A stretch of 64,000 nucleotides of DNA, from IMG/VR virus record IMGVR_UViG_3300025084_003379, positions 11,124 through 75,123 of that record; one strand, written 5' to 3'. This DNA is from a virus (Duplodnaviria > Caudoviricetes). The notes beneath the pieces were generated by a model that was given only the letters and a program-made list of their open reading frames with translations, was not told the origin of the DNA and did no database searches. A program made the translations under genes and the position numbers. Shown piece after piece: positions 48,907 to 56,825 of this stretch (the stretch's first letter is position 1; every line of letters begins with the position of its first letter).

Positions 48907-50454
48907 ATGAAACCAATCAAAAAGTTTTCAATGATGACAAAGGCCGAAGGTTCAATTAATGAATCGGCAGATGTTAATCACGATGCAGTAATGGATCTTG
49001 TTAAAAAACTCGGTTACGAAAGCGTTGACGAATTAAAGAAAGAAAAAAATCTTCTAACTAAATTAGAAGGTTTATTAAAGGATTTTACTCCTAAACAAGA
49101 TATCTCTGAAGATGAGCTTGAAGAAGATAGAGCCGAAGATATAGCTGATGAAGTTAAAAAGAAAGGCGAACCTAAATCATTAGAAGGTGAAGAAGGTGAA
49201 AAGGAAGAAGATAAAGAAACTGGTGCATCTGGTGAAGTCGCTGAAACTGATGAAGTTGAAGAAGATACCGCGAAAGATATCGAAGATGAAGTATTAGCTA
49301 AAGGCGAACCTAAAGATATAGAAGATAAAGCAGGTGATAAGGTATCTGACGATCCTGAAATTACTGCTGATGTTCCTGCTGAAGCTGATGAAGTTAAAGA
49401 TGAAGATGGTGTTGATGTTGCTGCTGAAGAAGAAGAAACACCAGCTGCTACTAGAAGAATTATGGCCTTTGAAGATTTTATTAAAGAAAAAGAAGTTACC
49501 GTAAATAAGAATGTTAAATATCACGATGATGATGAAGAACCTGAAGACTATGCTGTTCCTATAGCAGCGTCTAAAGAGCCTCTTTCTGAAGATGAAGAAT
49601 CTAAAGGTATGGAAGATGAAAAAGAAGGTGATGAGCTAGAAGATAAAGGTGATAAGAAAGTTGATTCTGAGGATGACAAAGAAAAAGCTGATCATTATAA
49701 AGGAGCTGTTAAATCTGATGACTCTGAAATTGATGCATTAAAGAAAGATGTTGAATATGATGAAGATGAAGAAAAGAAAGATGAATCAAGAATCATGTCT
49801 TTTTCAAACTTTGTAACTGAAGCTTATGTAGAAGAGGAAGATGAAGAAGTAGAAGAAGCTGAAGATACTGAAGAAGATGAATCAGTAGAAGAAGGTGTTG
49901 GTGAAGTAATTACTAAAGTTGAAGGTGATGAAATTGCTGATGAAGTTGCTGGTGATGATGGTCTTGCTATTCCTGCAGAGAAAGGTGACGGTTCTGAAAC
50001 CGCTGCTGGTATTGCTGGAGATATAATGGATATGGGTAAGGTAAAAGAACAACCTGAATCAAAAGGTGAAGAATTAGTTACTAAAGATCAAAATATTACA
50101 ACTGAAGTAAAGGGTGAAGCTGATGATCTTAAGGATGCTACTGAAGTTCCTGCAGAAATGGGCGATGGTTCTGAATCTGCCGCAGGTATTGCTGGAGACA
50201 TAATGAATATGGGTAAGGTAAAAGTACAACCTGAATCAAAAGGCGAAGCATTAGTTGGAGAAGCTAAGATTAATGAAAAGGATATTACTTCTGCTGATGA
50301 ATTTAAAGAATATGCAATGGCAATTCTAAAAGATGCATTCGGAGATGACTTTGATGAAACTAAGGCAACTGAAACTGCTGAAGGATTACTTAAGAAGTAT
50401 GGTGAAGATTATGGAGCAATGGTTGGAGCTTTACAATCTACGATGGGATCATAA
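48907..50454 (+). CDS. Very acidic internal-head/scaffold-like polyprotein with repeated targeting-like motifs
   Basis: D/E-rich. Motifs KPIKKFSM, RIMAFEDFIKE, RIMSFSNFVTE, INES and INEK. Internal 36-aa duplication. Confidence 0.55.
   Translation: MKPIKKFSMMTKAEGSINESADVNHDAVMDLVKKLGYESVDELKKEKNLLTKLEGLLKDFTPKQDISEDELEEDRAEDIADEVKKKGEPKSLEGEEGEKEEDKETGASGEVAETDEVEEDTAKDIEDEVLAKGEPKDIEDKAGDKVSDDPEITADVPAEADEVKDEDGVDVAAEEEETPAATRRIMAFEDFIKEKEVTVNKNVKYHDDDEEPEDYAVPIAASKEPLSEDEESKGMEDEKEGDELEDKGDKKVDSEDDKEKADHYKGAVKSDDSEIDALKKDVEYDEDEEKKDESRIMSFSNFVTEAYVEEEDEEVEEAEDTEEDESVEEGVGEVITKVEGDEIADEVAGDDGLAIPAEKGDGSETAAGIAGDIMDMGKVKEQPESKGEELVTKDQNITTEVKGEADDLKDATEVPAEMGDGSESAAGIAGDIMNMGKVKVQPESKGEALVGEAKINEKDITSADEFKEYAMAILKDAFGDDFDETKATETAEGLLKKYGEDYGAMVGALQSTMGS
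49972..50256 (+). repeat. Imperfect 108-bp in-frame duplication (49972-50079 / 50149-50256)
   Basis: PAEKGDGSETAAGIAGDIMDMGKVKEQPESKGEELV vs PAEMGDGSESAAGIAGDIMNMGKVKVQPESKGEALV. Confidence 0.9.
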
Positions 50455-50472
50455 TAAATTAAAACTAAAGAT

Positions 50473-50811
50473 ATGAGTAATATAAAAAAGTTTGCAGATT
50501 TTGTAAATGAATCTTTAAATGAAAGGTTTACTTTCGCCGATGCAGTAGATACTGCTGGTGAAGATGTAAAGAAAAATGAAAAAGGTATTGCTACTGTTCT
50601 TAAAGCTCTTAAGGCCAGAAAAGCTGATGATATCATGATAATGACAGATACTACCGAAGATGAAGGTTCTGATTTATTTGATGTTATTGGAGGAATGAAA
50701 TCTCTTCCTATAGATTCTACTATTTATGATAAAGCATATCACGGCAAATATAAAGGTAAGAATGTAGTTGTATTTGACGATGGTGAAGATCTTTTTGCAT
50801 ATACAAAATAA
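50473..50811 (+). CDS. Putative internal head protein
   Basis: Leader MSNIKKFADFVNESLNE. Confidence 0.6.
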   Translation: MSNIKKFADFVNESLNERFTFADAVDTAGEDVKKNEKGIATVLKALKARKADDIMIMTDTTEDEGSDLFDVIGGMKSLPIDSTIYDKAYHGKYKGKNVVVFDDGEDLFAYTK

Positions 50812-50818
50812 TTAAAAC

Positions 50819-51205
50819 ATGAAACATATTAAATTATTTGAACAATTTCTATTAGAATCCGATTTAGATAAATTTTATAATAGTAAGATCAAGAATCCTA
50901 AAAGTGGTAGAGAAGTTACCGTAAAGACAATATTAGGAGATCCTGACAATCCTTTATATAAAAAGGTAAAGGCAAAGGAAGATCAACTAAAAGGTGGATC
51001 TGATGATAATTCCGAAGAAATTAAAAAGTTGGAGGATGAGATCAAGGAAATGGATGATCGCATAGAAATGATTAGAATGGATATAGCTGAGATTGAAGAT
51101 GAAGATCCTGATGATTATAGAATTCAAGAATTGGAAGAAGAAGAAGGTGGCTTGCTTGCTGATATTGAAATGGCTAAAGAGAAATTGGCTAAACTTAAAA
51201 AATAA
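50819..51205 (+). CDS. Putative internal head protein with acidic coiled coil
   Basis: Leader MKHIKLFEQFLLES, then KIKNPKSGREV and an acidic coil. Confidence 0.6.
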   Translation: MKHIKLFEQFLLESDLDKFYNSKIKNPKSGREVTVKTILGDPDNPLYKKVKAKEDQLKGGSDDNSEEIKKLEDEIKEMDDRIEMIRMDIAEIEDEDPDDYRIQELEEEEGGLLADIEMAKEKLAKLKK

Positions 51206-51207
51206 CC

Positions 51208-52479
51208 ATGAAACATATAAAATTATTCGAGGAATGGCTGACTGACAAAGGTCAGCCATTTCTTTTTGAAGGTGGCGCCGCTGGTCACATGGCTCATCCA
51301 TTTGATGATAAGGATTTAACCTTTGGTGATTTTAAGGCAATGATAGATGCTGGTCTTAGAGGTGAATTAAACTTTGAAGAAGAGGCTACCGAAAAGACTG
51401 ATGGTCAAAATGCATTTGCTACTATTCAAGATGGCGAAGTTAAATTTGCAAGAAACAAAACAGAGTTAAAGAATCCAATGACTCTTTCTGAATTTAAGAA
51501 TAAATTTGAAGGTCATCCTAGTAAATTAGTACAAGATACTTTTCAATTTGCTGCACAAGATTTGGCTAGATTATTAATGAACCTTTCTCCAGCTGACCAG
51601 GAAAAATATTTTAAGAATGGAAAAGACTTTATGAACATGGAGTTAATCTATTCACAAAACCCTAATGTTATTCATTATGATACAGATGTTATTCAATTTC
51701 ATGGTATAAAAGAAACGGATGGAAATGGTAATATTACAGGTACTAATAATAAACCTGCAAAAGAAATCGCAGATATACTTAAAAAGGTTGAATCTGATAT
51801 TGGTAAAACATTTAAAATAATTCCACCTAAGGCTATTAAATTACAAAAAGATTTAGATTTTACTGCAAATAAGAAAAGATTTATTAATCAAGTTAATGCT
51901 TTAGAAAAAAGATATGGTTTAACTGATAGTGATGAGGTTTCTAAATATCATGAAATGTGGTGGAGAGAATTAATTAATAAACAATTTCCTTCACTATCAC
52001 AAGATGTAAAAGAAGGTTTACTTAAGCGATGGGCATACGGAGATAAGAAGAGCTTAAACATGAGATCTCTCGCCAAACAAACTGGACCTAAAGAAGCTGC
52101 GTTAGTTAAAAAGTTTGATAAAGAAGATGTTGCTAAAAAATATAAAGAAAACATTAGACCTTTTGAAGATCTGTTCTTGGAACTAGGTTCAGTGATTTTA
52201 AAAAATGCGTCTGACTTTTTAGCTGCTAATCCATCTGATGAAGCCCAAAGATTAAGAACACAAATACAAACAGCAGGGAGTAAGATTAAAAAGACTGGTG
52301 GCGCTGACCAAGTAAGAAAGGTAGAGGCTGAGTTAGCAAGGCTCGATAGAATTGGTGGAATAGAATCTATATTTCCAACTGAAGGTATAGTATTTAAATA
52401 TAAAGGAAAAATTTACAAACTAACTGGAACCTTTGCTGCAATTAATCAACTATTAGGTATCATTAAGTTCGGTAGATAA
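51208..52479 (+). CDS. ATP-dependent ligase/nucleotidyltransferase-fold protein (KxDG) with targeting-like leader
   Basis: MKHIKLFEEW leader; EGGAAGHMAHPFD; EKTDGQN at 51391-51411; late EGIVF motif. Recalled as resembling the DUF6267-type proteins of T4-like phages (unverified). Confidence 0.6.
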   Translation: MKHIKLFEEWLTDKGQPFLFEGGAAGHMAHPFDDKDLTFGDFKAMIDAGLRGELNFEEEATEKTDGQNAFATIQDGEVKFARNKTELKNPMTLSEFKNKFEGHPSKLVQDTFQFAAQDLARLLMNLSPADQEKYFKNGKDFMNMELIYSQNPNVIHYDTDVIQFHGIKETDGNGNITGTNNKPAKEIADILKKVESDIGKTFKIIPPKAIKLQKDLDFTANKKRFINQVNALEKRYGLTDSDEVSKYHEMWWRELINKQFPSLSQDVKEGLLKRWAYGDKKSLNMRSLAKQTGPKEAALVKKFDKEDVAKKYKENIRPFEDLFLELGSVILKNASDFLAANPSDEAQRLRTQIQTAGSKIKKTGGADQVRKVEAELARLDRIGGIESIFPTEGIVFKYKGKIYKLTGTFAAINQLLGIIKFGR

Positions 52480-52566
52480 AATAGTATATAGGCCTATATA
52501 GATCACCTGTATTAAGAGTTAGCATTTGTGATATTTGTATATACTCTGAAGATAATAGAGTAAGAT

Positions 52567-52596
52567 AAGGGGTAGGTATTATGCTATCCTTTTTTT
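52567..52596 (+). terminator. Probable intrinsic terminator
   Basis: AAGGGGTAG-gtattatg-CTATCCTT stem (G.U pairs) followed by a T run. Confidence 0.55.
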
Positions 52597-52647
52597 ATAT
52601 AGCTATTAAACTAAAGAATATATAAATTGACAATATAAAATAAGCAA

Positions 52648-55458
52648 ATGAAAGAGTTAACTCAGATTTATAAAGATGCAGGGCAACAATTAATAGAAGA
52701 TCTTTTTAAGGATTATCTTGTAGTTTCAGAAAAACTATCAGGTTCTTCATTTTCATTTAAAAAAGGCGGTGAAGGAATTACTTTTTATAAAGGTGGAAAT
52801 CAAAAGCCTATTAACTTAATTGATAGGACTATAATGGTTTATTATGAAAAGCCTATTAATTTTATAAAATCTGTAACTAACAAAAATCTTTCTTCTATTC
52901 CTGAAAATTGGAAGTTCTGTTTTCAATATTTTGTAAATACTAATCCTGGTATTATTACTTATGATAAGCTACCTAAAAACAATTTAGTACTTACTCATAT
53001 TAAAGTAATGACACCAGCTGGCAAAGTTACAAAGGTTATAGAAGATCCTAGAGTAATTAGAGACTGGGCAAACGCATTAGGTGTTACTCCATTACTTCCA
53101 TTATTTAAAGGTTACTTAACAGAAGATCAAAAGAAAAAGATTAAAGAATTTTTAGAAACACCAAAAGAAGATCATGCTGAGATTTTTAGTACTAATTCAT
53201 TTGCTGAATATTTACTTAGAATTCTAAATCCTAATATTCAATCAACTACTTTACAAAATGATCTTAAGAAGCCTATAGAATCTATTGTATTTAAATTTTA
53301 TAAATCTGGTACTAAACAAGTTATTGCTGCTAAGTTAATAGATCCTTATACAATTAATTTAATGAAAGAAAAGGAGCCTATAGATATGAGGAAGACTCCT
53401 GCTGATATTAATGAAATTATTTTGTTGGATCTTTTAGCATTTATAGAAGAAAGAGGAATTAAGAAGCATGAGATTTTAGGGGATAGTGAAGATATGAGAT
53501 ACATAGAATTAGTTTCAAACATATTTAATGACTATGTAACCAAAAGAGGAAAAGATATTGCAAAGATTGATATTGAAAAAGCTGAGTTTGCTAAAGGTAA
53601 AGAATTTGATTTAAATGTAGAATTAATACCAAGCCAAAGAACTAAAGATATCCTTAATAGTAATCCTAAGCTAAAAGACTTATTTAAAATAATGTTAGGC
53701 TCTTTAAAAAAGAAAAGAAAGAATGCCGGTAATATTATGACACCATCAGTTATTGAAGATTTTAATAAAATGGTAAATAAAGTAACCGATGTAATTCAAA
53801 CAAAGGATGATGGCAAATTTAAAACTTTTGATGATTACTTAAAAATTAAATCAACTAATGAATCTCTTTTACCTAATGCTGAAGAATTATTAATTGAAGA
53901 TAAAGTATTGGATTATAATAATTTTATTAACCTAGCAAAGGTTGATGTTTTAAATGAAGCAAAGAAACAGCCTAACGTAAAAGAAAGACAGGCTAATTGG
54001 TTAAAGCATTATGAAAAAACTTTCCCACAAACAAGAAGAGATTCTGCAGGTCCTAAATATAGCCCAGAATATGTAAGAGCTAATTTTGGAGCAAATGATG
54101 GTACTGCCGAAGAAAACATTCAGAAATATTTAAAAGCTTTAAAAGTCCCTACATCCGCATATAAGATAGAGGGCTTTCCTAGCGGGCATTACCATAAAGA
54201 TGTTGCCAAAACCTTTTCTGGTCAATTTCATACTTATAAAATAACATTAAAGGCTAATAAACAAATATTAGGACAAGACTTTAAAAGAGGAGATACTATT
54301 TTTCTAACCAATCGTTATAAAGTAAGTGCAAAGACAGGCGAAGCAGCAGTAATAAAAGGAAAAGATTTAACTCCTGATGCAATGGATCTTGCAAGTACTA
54401 CCTATAAAACAGGAGTAGCGGTTGTTACTAAAGTAAATCAGTTTATAGATAACACATCTTACCCTGACAATTATAAACAATTCATTAAAGATTCTATGCA
54501 AGTAGTATTAAAAAATAAAGTTGGCACCTTTTCAGATTTTGAAGTCTATGCTTCTAGTGGAACTCCTATAGTATATAAAGTTGGTGCTTCTTTCTTTGAT
54601 GGAATAGATCAAGTTTCTGTAGCTAATTTTTCTAATGACTTTGGTGAAGTGTTAGGGGCATTAATGATGTTTAATATAATTAAAGATACGGGAGAAGGAT
54701 TAGCATATCCTAAGAATTCAAATGAAGCATTAGTTGATTTTGAATTTGATCAATATAAAGTTTCTTCTAAGGCAGGAGGCGGAGGTACACCGAGTGGATC
54801 TTCAATAATGAAAATGATTGATAATGCTAAAAGAAATGATGGCCTTATGTTAGATGTAGATCAAACAACATTTTATGAAGATGTAGTTAAGGTATGGCTA
54901 AACCCATATGAATTAAATAGAAATTCAACAACATATAATAAAGTGATGAATTTAGCTGCTGATGTACTAGGACCTAACCAAGGATCAGGCTATTCATATG
55001 TTTTACAGCAAGCTAACCTAAATCAAAAATCTGTAACAAGAGAAGCCTTAATTAAATTTTTAGATGAATTATTTAAAGAAGATCAAAATAAATTTAAATC
55101 ATTTATAAAAACACTATCAGAAAAAACTGGAGCATGGAGAGGTAAAATTGATTCGACCAAATATGCAAAAGAATATGAGGAGAGAATGGAAAAAAATGAT
55201 TCTAACAGAGTAGGGATGATTTTCTATCCTATTATGGTAGAAACTGCAAATGCATTAAATGAAAAATATTCTGATGTACTAACTCAGCTTACACAAAAAG
55301 TAACTGATGTTAAACAGGTATATTTAGATACTAAAGTTAAAGCAGGTGCTTTCATATTTAAAACTAAAAAGTTTAGTAGTGCTAACTTTAAGTTTCAACA
55401 AAAAGGTATGGTGTGGAATCCTTTTTCATCTATGATGGGAATCAAAATGGTAAAGTAA
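52648..55458 (+). CDS. Two-part polyprotein: ligase-like N-terminal half and PD-(D/E)xK-like nuclease-fold C-terminal half
   Basis: VSEKLSGS (KxDG variant) and ESIVFKF motifs; internal KTFDDYL..STNES and VLNEA; C-terminal NDFGEVLG...LVDFEFDQYKVSSKAG. Confidence 0.5.
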   Translation: MKELTQIYKDAGQQLIEDLFKDYLVVSEKLSGSSFSFKKGGEGITFYKGGNQKPINLIDRTIMVYYEKPINFIKSVTNKNLSSIPENWKFCFQYFVNTNPGIITYDKLPKNNLVLTHIKVMTPAGKVTKVIEDPRVIRDWANALGVTPLLPLFKGYLTEDQKKKIKEFLETPKEDHAEIFSTNSFAEYLLRILNPNIQSTTLQNDLKKPIESIVFKFYKSGTKQVIAAKLIDPYTINLMKEKEPIDMRKTPADINEIILLDLLAFIEERGIKKHEILGDSEDMRYIELVSNIFNDYVTKRGKDIAKIDIEKAEFAKGKEFDLNVELIPSQRTKDILNSNPKLKDLFKIMLGSLKKKRKNAGNIMTPSVIEDFNKMVNKVTDVIQTKDDGKFKTFDDYLKIKSTNESLLPNAEELLIEDKVLDYNNFINLAKVDVLNEAKKQPNVKERQANWLKHYEKTFPQTRRDSAGPKYSPEYVRANFGANDGTAEENIQKYLKALKVPTSAYKIEGFPSGHYHKDVAKTFSGQFHTYKITLKANKQILGQDFKRGDTIFLTNRYKVSAKTGEAAVIKGKDLTPDAMDLASTTYKTGVAVVTKVNQFIDNTSYPDNYKQFIKDSMQVVLKNKVGTFSDFEVYASSGTPIVYKVGASFFDGIDQVSVANFSNDFGEVLGALMMFNIIKDTGEGLAYPKNSNEALVDFEFDQYKVSSKAGGGGTPSGSSIMKMIDNAKRNDGLMLDVDQTTFYEDVVKVWLNPYELNRNSTTYNKVMNLAADVLGPNQGSGYSYVLQQANLNQKSVTREALIKFLDELFKEDQNKFKSFIKTLSEKTGAWRGKIDSTKYAKEYEERMEKNDSNRVGMIFYPIMVETANALNEKYSDVLTQLTQKVTDVKQVYLDTKVKAGAFIFKTKKFSSANFKFQQKGMVWNPFSSMMGIKMVK

Positions 55459-55469
55459 ATATATAAGGT

Positions 55470-56588
55470 ATGGATAACATAAATGATTTAAATGATTTCT
55501 TAAATGAAAGGAGAGTAACTGTTAAGAGAAGGTACACTGAGGCTCACCCAGCTAAAAATGTATCTACTGCTGCTAGAGTTCGTTCTGCTATTTTAGATGC
55601 TGTTGCTGATGGTCATTTAACTGAAGAGGAGGTTAATAATATCTTATCTGAAATAAAGGCTCACAAAAGATGGCTTAAAAGAAATGTAGGATTATTTAAT
55701 ATTAGTGAAGATGAAACTGGGATTAAGAGATATTCATTATCTCCTTATGGTCATAGAGTAAGAACTGCAACCGCTCCAATTAATGAAGCTTTAAAAGTTC
55801 CTCATAAAGAACAAGGTAAGAAAAAGGTTAATATGTTTGTTGGTAGATTCCAACCTTTTACATTAGGTCATGTTAAAGTATTTGAAAAAATGTATAAAGA
55901 AAATGGAAAGCCTGTAGTTGTATTTTTAGTTAGAGGAAAAAACAACGATCCTGAGAAAAGGCCGTTTGATGAAGAAATGCAACAAGCAATGTTTGCTAAG
56001 ATGGCAAAACAATATCCATTTTTAGAAACTGCTATTGTAGTTCCTAATGGTGCAATTGATACAATGTTTGCAGCAGCAAGACCTGCTTATGAACCTGTGA
56101 TGTGGGGATATGGGACGGATAGAAAAAAATCATACGGTGCAATGATTGACAAACAATCATACCGAGATCAATTAGGAGTAGATCCTGATTTTAAGGGTTT
56201 TGAGATTTTTAGAACTGATGATAACATTTCAGCATCTAAAGTTCGTAATGCGTTAAAGATAGATGATGAAAAGACTTTTAAGAAAATGACTCCTAAAAGT
56301 ATACATAGTTTTTATAAGCCATTACAAAATATATTAGAACCAATAAAAGAAATTAAAAATAACAACATGAAAAATTTAAAATCACTGAATAACTTTACTG
56401 TTGAAGAATCAAAGATCAATGAAGAGTATATTGAGCTTATGCCTGGAATGGAAGAAGGCTTAGAACAAATAGTAGAAGGTTGGATAGAATGGAAAAGTGG
56501 ACCTGCAACAGAAAAGAGTGATATTGCTCCAGCAAGAAAAGAATTATTAAACTTTTGTACAACTTATTTAAAAAAGAATATTAAATAA
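55470..56588 (+). CDS. Cytidylyltransferase-family (HxGH-type) nucleotidyltransferase flanked by extra modules
   Basis: FVGRFQPFTLGH (55836-55871) and ISASKVR (56226-56246). Leader NDFLNE; internal in-frame MKNLKSLNNFTVEES at 56367. Confidence 0.75.
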   Translation: MDNINDLNDFLNERRVTVKRRYTEAHPAKNVSTAARVRSAILDAVADGHLTEEEVNNILSEIKAHKRWLKRNVGLFNISEDETGIKRYSLSPYGHRVRTATAPINEALKVPHKEQGKKKVNMFVGRFQPFTLGHVKVFEKMYKENGKPVVVFLVRGKNNDPEKRPFDEEMQQAMFAKMAKQYPFLETAIVVPNGAIDTMFAAARPAYEPVMWGYGTDRKKSYGAMIDKQSYRDQLGVDPDFKGFEIFRTDDNISASKVRNALKIDDEKTFKKMTPKSIHSFYKPLQNILEPIKEIKNNNMKNLKSLNNFTVEESKINEEYIELMPGMEEGLEQIVEGWIEWKSGPATEKSDIAPARKELLNFCTTYLKKNIK

Positions 56589-56815
56589 TGTCTAAAGACG
56601 TAAATGAAAATGAAGCAGGAACCGTTGGCTTAAATCCTAACATGGATGTACAGGGTATGGGGGCTGTTGAGCTTCCAGGTGATCCTGGATCGGCAAATTC
56701 TTTTGCTACACAAAAGGTTGGTAGTGGAGATGATCCTGAAGGAAAAAAGAAGAAAAAGAAGAAAGTATTACTTTTATCGTTTGATAAGTTTATGGATCTT
56801 CTTCAAGTAAAATAA
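56588..56815 (+). CDS. Small hypothetical protein
   Basis: 75 aa with a TAATG overlap. Contains VNENE, a Lys run and C-terminal LLSFDKFM. Confidence 0.6.
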   Translation: MSKDVNENEAGTVGLNPNMDVQGMGAVELPGDPGSANSFATQKVGSGDDPEGKKKKKKKVLLLSFDKFMDLLQVK

Positions 56816-56825
56816 ATAATGTATA

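Noticed and set aside
52454-52525. 23-codon minus-strand ORF after the antisense promoter-like motif
   Set aside because: Too short, overlaps the end of a + gene, and has no independent coding evidence.
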